From Scenedesmus sp. PABB004 (Eukaryota): a DNA stretch of 64,000 bases. Made by a program: the position numbers and the translations under genes. Shown one piece after another: positions 32,715 through 46,477 of this stretch. The stretch is from NCBI GenBank assembly GCA_014905635.1, contig JABVCE010000002.1:2108001-2172000 (forward strand). The letters run 5' to 3'. Position 1 is the stretch's first letter. Each line of letters starts with the position of its first letter. The notes beneath the pieces were generated by a model. It was not told the DNA's origin. It saw only the letters and a list, made by a program, of their open reading frames with translations, and did not search any database.

Positions 32715-35452
32715 ATGAACCTGCTCAACCTGCTCGACACCGTCGAGCGCACGGTCACGGAGGCCGCGGCCGCGGTGGTCGAGAGCGCGAGCGAGCACAA
32801 GGGCGCCGCCGCCGCCGCGCGGGCGCCGCCGCAGCACGCGCTGCTGCTGCAGTCGACCGCCGGGGCGGCCAGCGCGACGCGCGCGGCGGAGGCGTCGTGG
32901 GAGAGCGTCGACTGGCAGGCACGCTGGCAGCGCGCGTCGTCGCAGGCGGCGGCCGCGCACTCCGCCCACCCTGCCGCCCACCCCGCCCACCCCGCCGCCC
33001 CGCGGCGCGCGCAGGACCAGCAAGCGCGCGCGGCGGCGGCGCTCGAGGCGCTGCGCGGCGGCGCGGCGCCGCCGGCCGACGAGGTCGCCGCGGTGTATGA
33101 GCTGCTGGTGTCCCTCCCCGACCCGCTGCCCGCGCTCAGCAGCGCGGCGGCGCTGGCCGCCAGGTCGGCGGAGCTCGAGGCGTCGAGCCGCGACCTCGCG
33201 GCGCAGGTGGCGCGGCTCGAGGCGGACCAGGCGGAGGTGACCGCGCTCGTGGCGGAGCACCAGGCGCTGCAGGCGGCGCACGCGGCGCTGCAGGCGGCGG
33301 CCGCCGCCTCGCAGGAGGCGGCCGCGTCGGCGCAGGCGGGCAGCGGCGCGGCGGCGCGGCTGGAGCAGGAGGTGCGCGAGCAGGCGGAGACGATCGGGGG
33401 CCTGCAGCTGGCGCTCGAGACGCTGCGCGGCGACCTGGAGGCCAGCCAGTCGGCGCTGTTTGAGCTGCAGGAGCAGCGCGCGGCGGCGGCGGGCGGCGCG
33501 AGCACGGCCGAGGCTCTCGCGGTTGAGGAGGCGGAGCGCCTCGCCGCTGAGCTGGCGCAGCTGCGGCGCGAGCGCGACCAGCTGCAGCGACAGCTCGAGC
33601 AGCAGCAGCGGGAGCAGTCACAGCAGCAGGAGCAGCAGTCGCAGGCGGAGGGCGCCGCCGCGCAGGGGGGCGACGGAGGCGGCAGCCAGCACGGCCGCCA
33701 GGAGGCGGCGCTGGCGGCGCTGCAGGCGCAGCTCGATGCGGCGCAGGAGGCGACGTGCGAGCAGCAGCACCAGGTGCGGCGCAGCGGCGCTCGCGTCCGG
33801 CCTGTACATGGAAAGGGGTGAGGGGTGAGGGGTGAGGGGTCCGGGCTTTGCAAGGCTCACCGCGCGCCGCCGCCGCCGCCGCGCAGGCCGCGATGCTTGA
33901 CGCCAAGCTGACAGCGGCCGAGGGCCGCGCGGAGCGGCTCACGGCGGAGCTGGCCCGGCGGCCGGCGGCCTCGGCCGTGGCAGAAATGACAGAGCAGCTG
34001 GCGGCGCTCTCGGCCCTGGTGGGACAGCAGCTGGTCGTCGAGGGCTGGGCCGAGGAGCAGGCAGCAGCGGCGGTGCTTGCGGCGGCCAAGCCGGGCGAGC
34101 TGGAGCTGCTGCTGCAGGTGGGGGCGGCGGGGCAGCCGGGGGCGCCGGCAGGGTCCTGCTTGGCCAGCCGCTGCCGCGGGCCCGCCGGCCTCGCCCCCGC
34201 TGAGCGCCCGCCCGCGGGCTGGCGCGGAGCGCAGGAGCGCTGCCGCAAGCTCGAGGTCGCTGCCAGCGCGAGTAAGGCCGAGGCGGCGGCCGCGTCTGCC
34301 GCGGTGCGAGCAGCTGAGGAGGCAGCAGGGGAGCTGCAGGCGCAGCTGGAAGCGTCGCAGCAGCTGGTGCTGCAGCTGGAGGCGGACGTGCTGGCGATGA
34401 GCGCCGGCGCTGCTGCGGCGGGGCAGGGCGCCGCGGCGGGGCGGCCTGGCGCGCAGCAGGAGCCGCCCGGAGCGGCCGCCAGCAGCGCGGCCGGCGGCGC
34501 GGCCGGCAGCCTCGGCGGTGCGCTCGAGCCGCAGGGGCTCGACGCCGAGCTGCACCGCCTGGTCTCGCTGGGCGGCGCGGGCAGCGAGCCCGGCACGGCG
34601 GCGGCGGCTGCGGGCGCCGACGCGGAGCGGCCGGCGGCGGACGCGCTGCTCGCCGCGGTGACGGCGCAGCGCGACCGCTTCCGCGCGCGCCTTGGGCAGC
34701 TCGAGGGCGAGGCCGGCGGCCTGCAGGCCGAGCTGAAGGCGGCGCGCGACCGCGCCGCCGCGCTGGAGCGCGACAACGTGGCCCTCGTGGAGAAGCTCAG
34801 ATTCACAGAGCGCTACAAGCAGCAGGGCGGCGCCGGCGGCGGCGCTGGCGGCGGCGGCTCCGCCGGCACGGTCACCGTCGTGCGCGTGGACGGCGCCGGC
34901 GTCGTCGTGCCGGGAGACGCGAGCGTCTACGGCGCCGCCGCGCCCGGCGCCGACCGCAAGGCGGGGCGCTACCGCTGCGGCCCGCTGTCGCTGGAGCTGG
35001 GCAGCGGCGGCGCGGGCGGGCAGCGCACCAGCGCGCGCGCGCCGCCGGGCGGGCCGGAGTCTCGCTACGTCGACGAATACGAGGCGCGGCTGAACCCCTT
35101 TGCTGAGTTCCAGCACAGCGAGGCCGAGGCGCGCCTGCGCGGGCTGCGCATGCATGACAAGGTGCTGCTCGCCGGCGGCCGCCTGCTCGCCGGCAGCTGC
35201 GCCGCGCGCGCGGGCGTGGCGGCGTACGCGGTGCTGCTGCACGCGTTTGTGCTGTTTCTGCTGCAGCGCGCCGCCGCGCCGCACGCGGCCTGCGCCGGCG
35301 GCGCGGGCGGCGGCGCGGCGGCGAGCGCGGCGGCCGCCGGCAGCGCGCTCGCCGCGGCGCGGCTCGCGGCCGGCGGTGCGGTCGCCGCCGCCGCGGGGAG
35401 CGGCGGCGCCGGGCTGCGGCGCGCACTGCTGGGGCCCCTGTGGCCAGCGTGA
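32715..35452 (+). CDS. CASP: CASP-like golgin (coiled coil with C-terminal TM anchor)
   Basis: Long coiled coil; AVTAQRDRFRARL, LERDNVALVEKLRF, RYVDEYEARLNPFAEF, TM AYAVLLHAFVLFLL with the conserved Y/H. Confidence 0.85.
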
Positions 35453-35600
35453 CCCGCTGGCGTCACGCGCACGCGGCCTGTGCCCTGCCCCGCTTTAAGC
35501 TGCGGCCGCGCCACGCCCGCCGCGCCCGCCGCTGGCCCGATCGCCGCAGCCGTCGTGCAGCTGGCTCCTCCGCCGGACAGAGAGGGCCGTGCGCGCCGCG

Positions 35601-37905
35601 ATGGCCGCGCCGTACAGCGTCTCGCTTGACGCCGACGCCGCGCGCGCCCTGGCGACGCATGGCGCCTCCATCCTGCTTCTCGACGTGCCCCTGGGCATGC
35701 CGCTGGGCATCGACCAGCAGGTAGCGCGCCGGCATCGACCGGCAGGCGGCAGCGCTCGAGCGGTGGCGGTGCTGCTGCCGTGCTCTGCGCCGGCGGCCCT
35801 GGCCCCGCAGCCGCCCTGCCGCGCGCCATGCGCGTTGCTCCTGCGACTGCGGAGACACCGCGGTGCTGAGCGGCTCACCACGCGCCGCCGTCGCTGTGCC
35901 GCCGCCGCTGCGCCGCCGCTGCGCCGCCGCCGCCGCAGGTCTTCCTGACCGGGCCCAAGTTCAGGGGCGTGAAGATGATGCCGCCGGGCGTCCACTTCCT
36001 GAGCTTCCAGACGCAGGGCCGCGACGGCGCGGTCGCGCCACCCGTCAGCACGCTGCTCGCGCTCGCGCCGCGCCAGGTGCTCGTGCGGCGCTGGTGCGCC
36101 GCCGCGGAGACGTTCCTGCCCCTGGCCGACGAGGACGAGGTGCGGGAGCGCCGCCTCGCCGCGCGGCGCGAGCGCCAGCTGACGGACGGGCCGGCCGCCG
36201 CCGCCGCCGCCGCGCGCGCCGCCGACGCTGGCGCCCGCGGCCTGCATCTGCAGGAGGCGCGCTTTGCGGCGGGCGTGGCGCGGTTTGACTTTGACAGCGG
36301 CCTCGCGCCGTACGACCTGGCGCGCTACGGGCAGTGGGCGGCGCTGTCGCGCCACGTCACCCCGCGCCTGCTGCGCCTCCTGCTGCCGGTGCGCGGCGCG
36401 CCGGCGCGCCGGCGCGGCGCGCGGCCGGGCGCCGGCGGCGGCGGGCGCGGGCGCGGGCGCCGCGCGCAGGCCGCCCCGAGCGCCGGCGGACCGCGCGCGT
36501 CGAGCCGCGCCCGCGTCCGCCGCGTGCTGCCGGCTTGCAGGAGGACGGTGAGATCAGCATCATGGCCGAGGCCACCGACCCGCAGCTCATGGCGCCCGCC
36601 AGCGCGGCGGAGCGCCGCCTGCAGCAGCAGCTGCAGGTGCGGCGGCGCCCGCCGCCTGGCCGGCCGGCGCGGGCTGGGCGGCGCGCGGCGCGTCGGGCGG
36701 CGCGCGGCGCCCGACGCGCCGCGCCGACGCCGCGCCGCAGGAGGGCCGCGCCCGCATGCAGGCAGCGATGCAGATCGAGCGGCCGGAGCAGCCGGGGGAG
36801 CAGCAGGAGCAGCAGCAGCAGGAGCAGCAGCCGGACCCGCAGCAGCAGCAGGAGCCAAGCAGGGCGCCGCGCGGCGGCAGGTGCGCTGCGTGCTGCGCCC
36901 GCGCGCGGCTCGGCGGCACGCGCCGCCCCACCGCTCGCGCCCCGCGTCCCGCCGCGGTGGCGACCGCAGGTGCCGCTACACGCCCCTGCCGCGGCTGCTC
37001 AAGGTGCCCGGTGCGAGCGCGCAGCAGCTGACGGCAATGAACCTGGATAAGACCAGCCTGCTGGAGCAAGTCATCGCTCGATACGCCGGCGACGGCGGCG
37101 AGCGGCAGGGCGAGCAGCAGCAGGGCGAGCAGTCGCAGCCTGCAGCGGCGGCGCAGCGGGCGGCGCCGCCGCCGCGCGGCGTCGAGGTGGTCGGCGAGCT
37201 GCAGTTTGCGTTCATCGCCTTTGTGTTTGGCCAGTCGCTCGAGGGTGCGGCGCGGCGCCACACGGGGCCGCGGCGGCGCAGCCGCACGGGGGGTTGCGCG
37301 CCTGCCGCCAAGCACCGCCCTGCCGCCGCCGCCGCCGCCGCCGCGGGCAGGCTTCATGCAGTGGAAGCAGCTGCTCGTGCTGCTGCTCGGCTGCTCCTCG
37401 GGCCCGCTGCACACGCACAGCGCGCTGTTCGTTGAGGCCCTCGCTGCACTGACCGCGCAGCTGCAGCTCGGCCTCGGCCTCGGCGGCGGCGGCGATGCCG
37501 GCGGCGGCGGCGGCACGGGCTGCGAGGCGCTGCTGGGCAACGGCCTGGTGGACGAGCTGCTGCCCGACAGCTTCCTACGGGGCGCCTTCCGCGGCTTCTT
37601 CGAGCTGCTGCACGAGTCGGGCGACGCGCCCGCCGCGCTGCTCGCGCAGGTGCGTGGCGGCGGGGGGAGCAGGGGCCCGCGGCGGCGGCAGGGAGGCCAG
37701 CGGCCGCGCCCACTGACCGCCGCTGCCGCCGCCCGCGCGCCGTGCGCAGGCGCGCGTGCTCGAGCGCGTGCTGGCGTCTGGCCTCGGCTGGGACTTCCGG
37801 CTCGCGGCGCTGCGGCTCGGCAGCGACGACGGCAGCGACGACGGCAGTGAGGACGGCCCGGTCGTCGTCGAGCTGAGCGCCGAGCAGCTGGCGGCGCTCG
37901 GCTGA
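35601..37905 (+). CDS. AAR2: AAR2, U5 snRNP assembly factor (multi-exon)
   Basis: LLLDVPLGMPLGIDQQ|VFLTGPKFRGVKMMPPGVHF; LAPYD; LTAMNLDKT; VGELQFAFIAFVFGQSLE|GFMQWKQL. Confidence 0.92.
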
Positions 37906-38210
37906 CGGCGGCCGCCGCCGCCCGGCAGCGGCGCGCGGCTCCGTGAACCGCCGCCACTGCGCCCCGCGCCGCGCCGCCGCTGGCGTGCCCCAGGCCCCCG
38001 CCCGTCCCTCCGCACCGCCAAGACCGGCAGCTGCGCTCCGACGCGCAGCCCCGCGGCGCAGCCAAGCCAGATCGCCCGGGCCCGGGCGCTCCCACCCGCC
38101 AGGGCCGTCGCCAGCGGCCGCCCGACCCGCCCGGCCCGCGCAGGCGACCCCGGTCGCCGTCCGACCCCGCCCCGCGCGACAGCGAGCCGCCTCGGCGCCG
38201 CAGCAGCGCC

Positions 38211-39529
38211 ATGGCAGCAGCGCGGTGCCTGCTGGCAGCCCTCGCGCGCGCCGGCGGCCCCGCGCCCGGCGCGGCGCCGGTGGCGGCGCTGGGCGTCGCC
38301 GGCCTGTCGCCCGGGCTCGCGGCGCGGGCGTTTGGCAGCTCGGCGGCGCCGGCCGGGGGCTTCACGGGCAAGGATGCGGCGTACAACCTGGCCAACACGG
38401 CCGATCCCGAGGCCGCCGCTGCCATCAAGGCCTTCCAGCGCGAGGCCTTCGCGGCCGCGGCCAAGGGCGCGCCGAAGGCCGCCGGCGGCGAGCCGGCGCT
38501 GGAGCTGAGCAGCAAGGTCGAGCGCAAGTACATGGCCGCCGCGATCGTGGAGACCGGCATCCAGGCCGTCTCCGTGCCGCTGAGCCACGCCGCCGACGGC
38601 GGCGGCGCCGCAGCGCTCAAGCGCTACGTCGCGCAGCTCGCCGACGTCGGCGCGCAGGCGGGCTTTGCGCCGCCCGCGGCCGAGCTCGACGCCGCGCTCG
38701 AGGCCGCGGGCGCGGGCGCGGAGAGCGTGAAGGAGCTGCTCGCCCGCATCCGGCCCTACGCGAGCCCCGAGTTCCACGCCGCGCTCGTCGCCGCGCTCGT
38801 GGCAGTCGAGGAGGAGACCGGCGCGACGGTGACGCTCGACGGCGCGTCGCCGGGCTACAAGAAGTTTGCAGACAAGGTCAAGGTGCGGACGCCGCCGGAG
38901 AGGGAGGGGGCGCGCGGCGGGTGCAGAGGCATGGGTCTGGGGCGGGGAGCGCGGCGGCGGCAGTGGCGGCAGCGGTGGGGCGGCCGCGCGGGGGGCAGCG
39001 GGCGGCGGCGGGGCGGCCGCGCGGGGTGCAGCGGCAGCGGCAGCGGCGGCAGCGGCGGGAACAGCAGCAGCCCGCGCCCCTTGCCCGCGCGGTCGCCCAC
39101 GCGCCGCCTGCCGCCGCCGCCGCCCGCGCGCGCGCGCCGCCGCAGGCGCTGGCGCAGGCGCACAAGCTGCCGTGGCAGATGCTGCTGCCGGTGAAGCAGA
39201 AGCTCGCGACCGCGGACGAGGACACGGCCGACAAGCTGCGCAAGGACTACGCGGCGTGGCTGCAGGCCGCCGCGCTCGCAGACGCGCGCGCCGAGATCGC
39301 GGAGCTGCAGGCCGAGGCGACGCGCCTGCTCGACAGCCAGCTCGCCAAGAGCGCCGACGCGGTGCGCAAGGAGCAGGCGGCCGCGCTCGCGGCGATCGGG
39401 CGCAAGCTCGAGGCCGCCGGCGGCGCCGACTGGGCGGTGGCGTACAAGAAGGACCTCGAGTTCACCGCCTGGTTTGACGCCGCCGTCGCGGCCGACCCCA
39501 AGGCCGGCCCCAAGGCCGCCGCCGCGTGA
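38211..39529 (+). CDS. ASA4: Mitochondrial ATP synthase-associated subunit ASA4 (2 exons)
   Basis: Mitochondrial presequence; VERKYMAAAIVETGIQAVSVPL, LKRYVAQLADVGAQAGF, GYKKFADKVK, VRKEQAAA, WAVAYKKDL...WFDAAVAADPKAGPK resemble chlorophycean ASA4. Confidence 0.88.
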
Positions 39530-40071
39530 GCGCGCGCGCGCGCGCGCCGCGGCGGGCGTGTGGAGCTTGGCAACCCGGTCCGGGGTGGTGGGGAAAGCAA
39601 GGGACGGGAAGGGGCAGGGGCAGGTGACGACGCCAAAACCACAAACCACGCGTTGCCGCCGCCGCTGCGTTGTGCTGCGCGTCGCACCGCCGCGTCAGAC
39701 CATCCCGCCCAGCCGTCGCCCAGCGCCCGCCCCCCGCTCCCCCAGCGTCCAGTGATGAGCCTGTCCGCCGCGCCCCGCGAGCAGCAGTGAACAGCATGGC
39801 CCCGCCCCCGCGCGCTCGCTCCATCAGCAGCTTCTACGCCACGCCCAACGCGGGCACGCGCAAGCCGTCTTGAAGCACACGCAGCGGCACGCGCGCGCGC
39901 GCGCGATCGACGCCGGCCAACCGCACGAAAGCGTGAGGCCTCCAACGCCCTCGCGTTCGGCGCGCCGCACCTCGCGGACGGCCCCGACGCAGCCCCAGGG
40001 ATCTCGCACGGCCGGAACGGGCGGGCGACCGCGCAGCTGAGGCGCCGCCGCAGTCCCGCCGCCGCGCAAGG

Positions 40072-42144
40072 ATGGCCGGCAGCGCGGAGCTCTTCGAGTC
40101 GGTGACCTCCGACCCGCTCCTCCTGTTCCTGCTCCAGGTGCGGGCCGGACGCACCCCACCCCCGAGCGGCGCCCTGCGGGCGCCGGTGCTGCCGCGCCGA
40201 CGCGCCGCCGCCGCGCGCGCCGCGCCGCGCGCGCTGTGCCGCCGCCGACATCCGCGGCCGAGGGGCGCGGGCTGCTGCTGTTCCCGACGCGCCACTGCCG
40301 CCGCCGTGGCAGGTCATGCTCACGCTCGCGCTCACGCGGCTGCTGGGCAAGGTCGTGAGCTACATGAAGCAGCCGCTGGTGATCGGCGAGATCATCGCTG
40401 GCATCGTTATGGGGCCCTCGGTCATGGGACGCATCCCAGGTGCGCGCCGCGCGCCGCACCGGGCGCGGTCGGCAGGCCCGCCGCGCGCGCAGGCGCCCCG
40501 CGCCGCCGCGCCCGCGCCCGCGCGCGACGGCCGCTGCGCCCGCACCCCCCGCCGCGCGGCCAGGCTTCACCGCGACGCTGTGGCCCACCGCCATGAAGCT
40601 GCCCTCGGGCGCGCTCTACAACAGCACCATCACCTTCGGGGTGCGCCGCCGCCGCCACCTCCGCCGCCGCGCCGCAGCCGCGCGGCCGCCGCCGCCGCCG
40701 CCTCTGGCGCTGCGGTCCGGCTGGCCAACCCGCCCGCTCACCCGCGGCCCCAGGTGGTGGCGAGCATGGGCGTCATCCTTTTTATGTTCCTGCTGGGCTG
40801 CGAGCTCGACCAGCGCCTGCTCGCGCGCCAGTGGCGGCGCAGCGCGCCGATCGCGCTCTCGGCCATCGCCTTCCCCTTTGCCGTCGGCGCGGCCGCGTCG
40901 CTCTGGCTCCAGGCGCGCCCTGCGCGGGCGCGGGCGCGGCGCGGCGCGCGCGCGCGCGCGCGCGCGCAACCGCCCGGCGGCCGCCCTGCGCCGTGCGCCC
41001 TCGCCGGCCCACGCACCGCGCCGCGGCCGCGCAGGGCGTCAACGCTGAGGTCGCGCCGCCGGGCTGGACGGCGCCGAGCTCCCGCGCCTTCATACTCTTC
41101 ATGGGTGAGCAAGAGCGCCGGCAGCGGGGCGCGGCAGGCCCGCCGCCCGCGCCGCCCGCGCCCGGTGGGCCCCGCACCCCGCACCCCGCGCGCGCGCGCC
41201 GTCCGACGCGCGCGCCGCCCCGCCCCGCCCCGCCCCGCCCCGCCCCGCCCCGCCCCGCCCCGCCCCGCCCCGCCCCGCCCCGCCCCGCGCGCGCGCGGGT
41301 GTCTCCAGGCGCGGCCATGAGCTTCACCGCCTTCCCTGTCCTCGCCTCCCTGCTCAGCAGCGCGGGCCTGCTGTCGGCGCCGATCGGCATCCAGGTGCGC
41401 GCGCCGCCGGGGCCCTCGGCACGCCCCGTGCGCCTCGGCCCGCCCGGCCCGCCCGCCCGTCGCCCTCCACCGCGCCCGTGCCGTCTCATCTCACCTCCCG
41501 CGCTCCGCGCCTCCCTCCCCTCGCTCGCTCACACTGCCCCAGGCGCTCTCGTGCGCCGCGATCGACGACGTGCTCGCGTGGTGCGTGCTCGCGATCGCGA
41601 GCTCCTTTGCCCGCAGCGGCAGCGCGCTCCTCGGCCTCTACACCACGCTCTGCGCCGCGGGGTACGTCCTCGCCATGGTCTGTGCGGTCCGCCCGCTGCT
41701 GCGGCGCGTGCACGCGGGCCTCGTGGCGCGCGGCGCCGAGGGCAACCGCTACTACCTCAGCGCGCTCTTCATGCTGCTCCTGCTCTCCGCGTTCACGACC
41801 GAGGGCCTGCAGATTCACGCCTTCTTCGGCGCGTTCGTGTTCGGTGCGCCGCGGCACGCCGCGCTGTGCGGGGACGCGCGCCGCGCCACACCACGCGACG
41901 CGACGCGCCGGTGACGGCGACCCGCCGGGCCGCGGCCGCCCTTCGCGCGCCTGCAGGCCTGGTCGTGCCCAAGGAGGGCGGCTTCGCTGAGAGCCTTGTC
42001 ACGCGCATGGACCTCGTCGTCAGTGCGTGCCTCGCGCCGCCGCTACCGCCGCCGCCCGTGCTCGCCGCCGCCGCCGCCGCCGCCGCCCCTGCTCGCCACC
42101 GCCGCGTGCTCAACGCGCGCCGCGCCACCGCCACCGCCGCCGCC

Positions 42145-42190
<46 letters not shown>

Positions 42191-43134
42191 GCAGCCGAGG
42201 TGATGCTGCCGCTCTTCTTTGCCAACAGCGGCATCCGCACCGACATCGGCACGCTCTCGGGCGCCGCGGCGTGGGGCATCACGGCCGCCATCACCGGCAT
42301 CGCCTGCTTCGCAAAGTTCACGCCCGCCTGCCTCGTCGGCAAGGCCGTCACGCGGCGCCCCTGGCGCTTCTGCGTCGCGCTGGGGCTGCTCATGAACACG
42401 CGCGGTGCGCACGGGGCCGCGCACGCCGCCAGCGCGCACGCCGCCCCGCGCACGCCGCCCCGCGCACGCTGCGCCGCGCGCCGCCGCGCGCCGCCGCGCC
42501 ACCCCTCTCTGCACGCACGCGCCCAACGCCCCCGCGCACGCGTGTGTGCGCCGCCAGGCCTGGTTGAGATCATCGCGCTGAACATCGGCCTCAGCATGGT
42601 GCGCGCGTGCGCACGCCCGGCGCCCGCGCGCGCGCCCCGCCGCGCTCGTCCTGCGCCCGCCCGGCGCGCCCGTCCGGCGTGCCCGCGCGCGCCTTCACGC
42701 GCGCGCGTGGCCACCGCTGCGCGTGGCCGTCGCTGCGCAGGGCATCCTGAGCCCCCGCATGTTCACGATGATGATCATCATGGTGCGCCCCCGCGCCCTG
42801 TGCTGCGCGCTGCGCCAGCTGCCGGGCTGCGCCGTGCGCTGCGATGTGCGCCGCTGCGCCAGCTGCCGGGCCGCGCCGCGTGCGGTCGCGCTCACGCGCG
42901 GCGCCCGCCCGCCCGCGCCAGGCGATCGCGACGACCTGCATGACCGCGCCCGGCATGCACCTCCTCTACCGCGGCCGCGAGCACGAGCTCACCGCGCCCG
43001 ACGCCCTCGCCGGCGGCGGCGACGGCGGCGCGCCGGGGCTGCCCGAGGTCGCGCCCGCGCCCGACGCACCGCCGGGCGCGGGCGGCGGCGCGGCAGACGC
43101 GCCAGTGGCGGCCAAGCCGCCGGCAGCTGTGTGA
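40072..43134 (+). CDS. CPA2-family cation/H+ antiporter (KHA1/CHX-like, multi-exon)
   Basis: DPLLLFLLQ, KQPLVIGEIIAGIVMGPS, FMFLLGCELD, SFTAFPVLA, AAIDDVLAW, IHAFFGAFVFG, LPLFFANSGIRTD, GLLMNTR|GLVEII. Confidence 0.93.
41217..41287. repeat. (CCCCG)n array in an antiporter intron
   Basis: About 14 copies; same motif as 24668-24870 on the opposite strand. Confidence 0.9.
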
Positions 43135-43645
43135 GTGCACGTTGTCAGGCGTTGATCAGGCTCGGAAGCAATGCTTGACCAGGCTGCGGCACAGGCTGCT
43201 TGTTGATCAGAAGACTTCTTGATCGGACGACGCACTTGCGAGAGTCGTAATACATCACGAATGCATCGCGCTGCCCGCGGATCGCCGAGCGCTCACAGGT
43301 CGAAACGAGAGGGCTGCCGGCAGCTCCGCGGCAGCTCCCGGCAGCAGCGTGGGGAGCCGCGCGGGCAGCTGGGGTCTTCCCGCGCAAAATCGCGCAGGGC
43401 TTCGCCGACGACGCCTTCCGTTCGCGGCGCGCGGGTCCCAGGCGTTCATTCGCAAACATCACGACCTTGACGAGCTCGCGGGCACAGCCTGCGCCCGATC
43501 AGAGCGCGGGGCCGCCGGCACATCGCGCGCGGCTCCGGTGGCTGTCCGCGCTCGCCTGTGCCCTTAGCGGAACACGCGATGGCGTGTTGAGTTTCAACAG
43601 TTGAGAGATATCCACACCACCCCGCTCACGGGCATCAGCGCGGCC

Positions 43646-46477
43646 ATGGCGGCGGGGCGGAGCGCGGCGCTGCTGCTCGCGGCCGCCCTCGCCTGCCACG
43701 CCCTGGCCTGCCACGCGCTCAAGGTGAGTCAAGCTGAAGCTGGTCCGTCCCCACGCGCCCTCGTCATCGGGATCCCACGCTGCCGCCGTGCGTATTCGCC
43801 GCGCAGGCGCCGCCGCTGCTGTTCCCGCTGGCGCCGAGCGGCGGCGGCTGGGCCGACGCCGCGGCGACCTTCGACAACGGCTACGACTACATCCACTGCC
43901 CCGCCAGCGCTACGGTTGAGCCGGCCTCCACGGCGGAGGTCGCCGCGGCGGTCGCGGCGCTGGCCGCGCGCGCAGATGCAGGCGAGGTGGTCAAGCTGCG
44001 CGCGACCATCAGGTGCGCTCGCGGCGCCGCGCGGCGGCTCGGCTGTGAGCCCCCACCGCCACCGCCACGGCCGGTGGCTCACGGCTGCTGCCTGCAAACC
44101 AGGGGTTTCGGCAGCTCCGCCAGCTTCCCTTGTCCGGTCTCGCCGCGCGCCGCCGGCAACGCGAGCGCGGGCAGCAGCAGCGGCGGCGGCCGCGGCGGCG
44201 GCGGCGTGCACGTGGTTGGCGTGCTCATGGATCGCATGCGCCGCGTGCTGGAGGTGGACACAGAAGCAATGACCATGAGGGTTCAGGCAAACATGAAGCT
44301 TGACGCTCTCTACAAGGCCGCCACAGACGCCGGTGCGCCGCCGCCGCGTGCGGCGCCAGCCCCTCCTCACCCTCCCCTGGGTGGCAGGGCAGGAAAGGCG
44401 CCGCGCCGCGCCGCGCTGGGCACGCACGGAGCCGCCGCCGCGCCGCGCCCGTGCCGCCGCAGGCCTGGGCGTGCCGCTGGGCATCGTGCCCGCGTGGGCG
44501 GGGCTCACCCTTGCCGGCGTCATGGCCGCATCGGCGCACGGCTCGGGGCGCAACACCACGAGCGTCATCGTGAGCGCGCAGCGCGCCCTGCCGCGGCCTG
44601 TCGGCCCGCCGCGCCGCCGCGGCCGCCCGCGCGGACCGCGCTGACCGCGCTGACATCCCGCGCCCCCCCATCCCCCCTCCCGTCTGCGCGCCAGTGCGAC
44701 GTCGTGACCGAGATCACCTTTGTGGACGGCCTGGGGCAGGTGCACACCGTCCCGCGCGCCTCGGACGCCGGGCGCGGCCTCTGCAGCGGCCTCGGCCTGC
44801 TGGGCATCGTCACCGAGCTCAAGCTCCAGCTCGCGGCGCCGACGCACACGCGCGTCGACACGTGGCACCTGCGCGACGACGCCCACCTCGCGCGCGACGT
44901 GGCGCGCATGCTCGCCCTCTCGCCGCGCCTGCTGGTGCTCTGGCGGCCCGACATTCGGCGCTACTCGGGTGCGGCGCCGCGCCGCGCTGCGCCCGCCGAC
45001 CAGAGAAGCAGCTTACGGCCCCTGCGGGCGCGCAGAGGCCTCGGCGCGGCGCCTGACCCGCCGCCGCCGCTCGGCGCCTGCCTGGCCGTCCCTCTCTCCT
45101 CCCCCGCCAGGCTACATGCTCACCGAGGTGCCCACGAGCGTGCCGGCCGACGCCGGCGCGCGCTGCACCATCCTGCCCGCGATGGCGCCGCCGCTCGCGT
45201 GGCTCGCGGGCACGTCGATCAAGGCGTGGCAGGCGGACGTCAACAACGCGATCCCCGGCCTCGCGGCGCTGACCGACGCCTCGATGTGCGCCGCAGCGGC
45301 GGCGATGAGCGTCGGCCAGCCCTGGGCGGTCGGCGGCGACGGCAAGCCGATGCTGTCGGGCGTCGGCCTGACCAACAAGATCCAGTCAGTCGACTGCGGC
45401 GGCGACTGCGCGTGGACGAGCGTGCACGCCAACACGACAATCCAGGCGCGCGCGCGGCCGCCGCGGAGCCGCCGCGACGCGGGGCGCGCGCGCCGCCCCG
45501 CCTACCCGGGCACGCCTCCGCCGCCGCTCGCCCCGCGCCCCCGTGCTCTCTCTCCCTCGCAGGACGTCGAGCTCACCATTGAGCACGCCCTGCTGGGCGA
45601 GTGGATCGACGACGTCAAGCGCATCTTTGCGCACGACCTCCCGCCCGGCCCGCTCGGCACGCCGCGCTGCCTGCCGCCGGGCTTCATGGTCATGCGGTGA
45701 GCCGGGCGCGCTCGTGGGCGGTGCCGGCTGGCCGCCATCGCCAGCCGCGCCCTGCCAGGGCCGCAGCACGCGCGCGCGCGCCCCTGCCAGGGCCGCCGCG
45801 CGCCGCCCTGCCCCGCTGACGGCCGCGCGGCCCTGCTGCCGCCGCCGGCGGCGCCGCACAGCTTTGGGCGGCCGAGCGACGACCTGCTGAGCACCACAGG
45901 GGGGCTATCAGACCCTGTTTACGTGCAGCAGATCACCATGCGCGCCAAGATGCCCAAGATGGCCCGGCAGGCGCCGAGCAAGTTTGAGTTCGTGCAGGAG
46001 ATCGTTGAGCAGCTCACGCTCACCAAGTGCGATGCGGCGGCGGCGCGCGGGGCCGCGCCGCGCCGCGCGCGTGGCCGCTGGCTGCCGGGATGGCGGCCGT
46101 GCTGACGCGCCACGCGACCGCCGCGCCCCGCGCGCAGGTACGACGGCCGGCCTCACTGGGGCAAGTGCTTCGATAGAACGTTTACGCACCCGGACGCGCC
46201 GCTCGCCCGCAAGTTTGGCGCGGAGCGCTGGGGCGCGATGCTGGACCTGCAGCGCCGCTTCGACCCGGCTCGGTTGCTTGAGCCGGAGCTCTTCATGCGC
46301 GCGGCCGCGCCGGGCGGCGCCGCCGCATCGGCGGCCGCCCCCGCGCGTGGGCCGCGCTGCACGCTCGCGCGCACGTGCTTCTGCAGCGAGGACGTGCACT
46401 GCGCGGAGGGGCACGTCTGCGTGCCGGCGCGCAGCTTCCCACGGTTCCGGGCGTGCAAGCCGCCCGCGTTTGTGTGA
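43646..46477 (+). CDS. Secreted FAD-linked L-gulonolactone oxidase-like protein (plant GULLO/ALO family, multi-exon)
   Basis: Signal peptide; VEPASTAEVAAAV; GLTLAGVMAASAHGS; GLGLLGIVTELKL; YDGRPHWGK; Cys-rich tail CFCSEDVHC. Confidence 0.88.
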
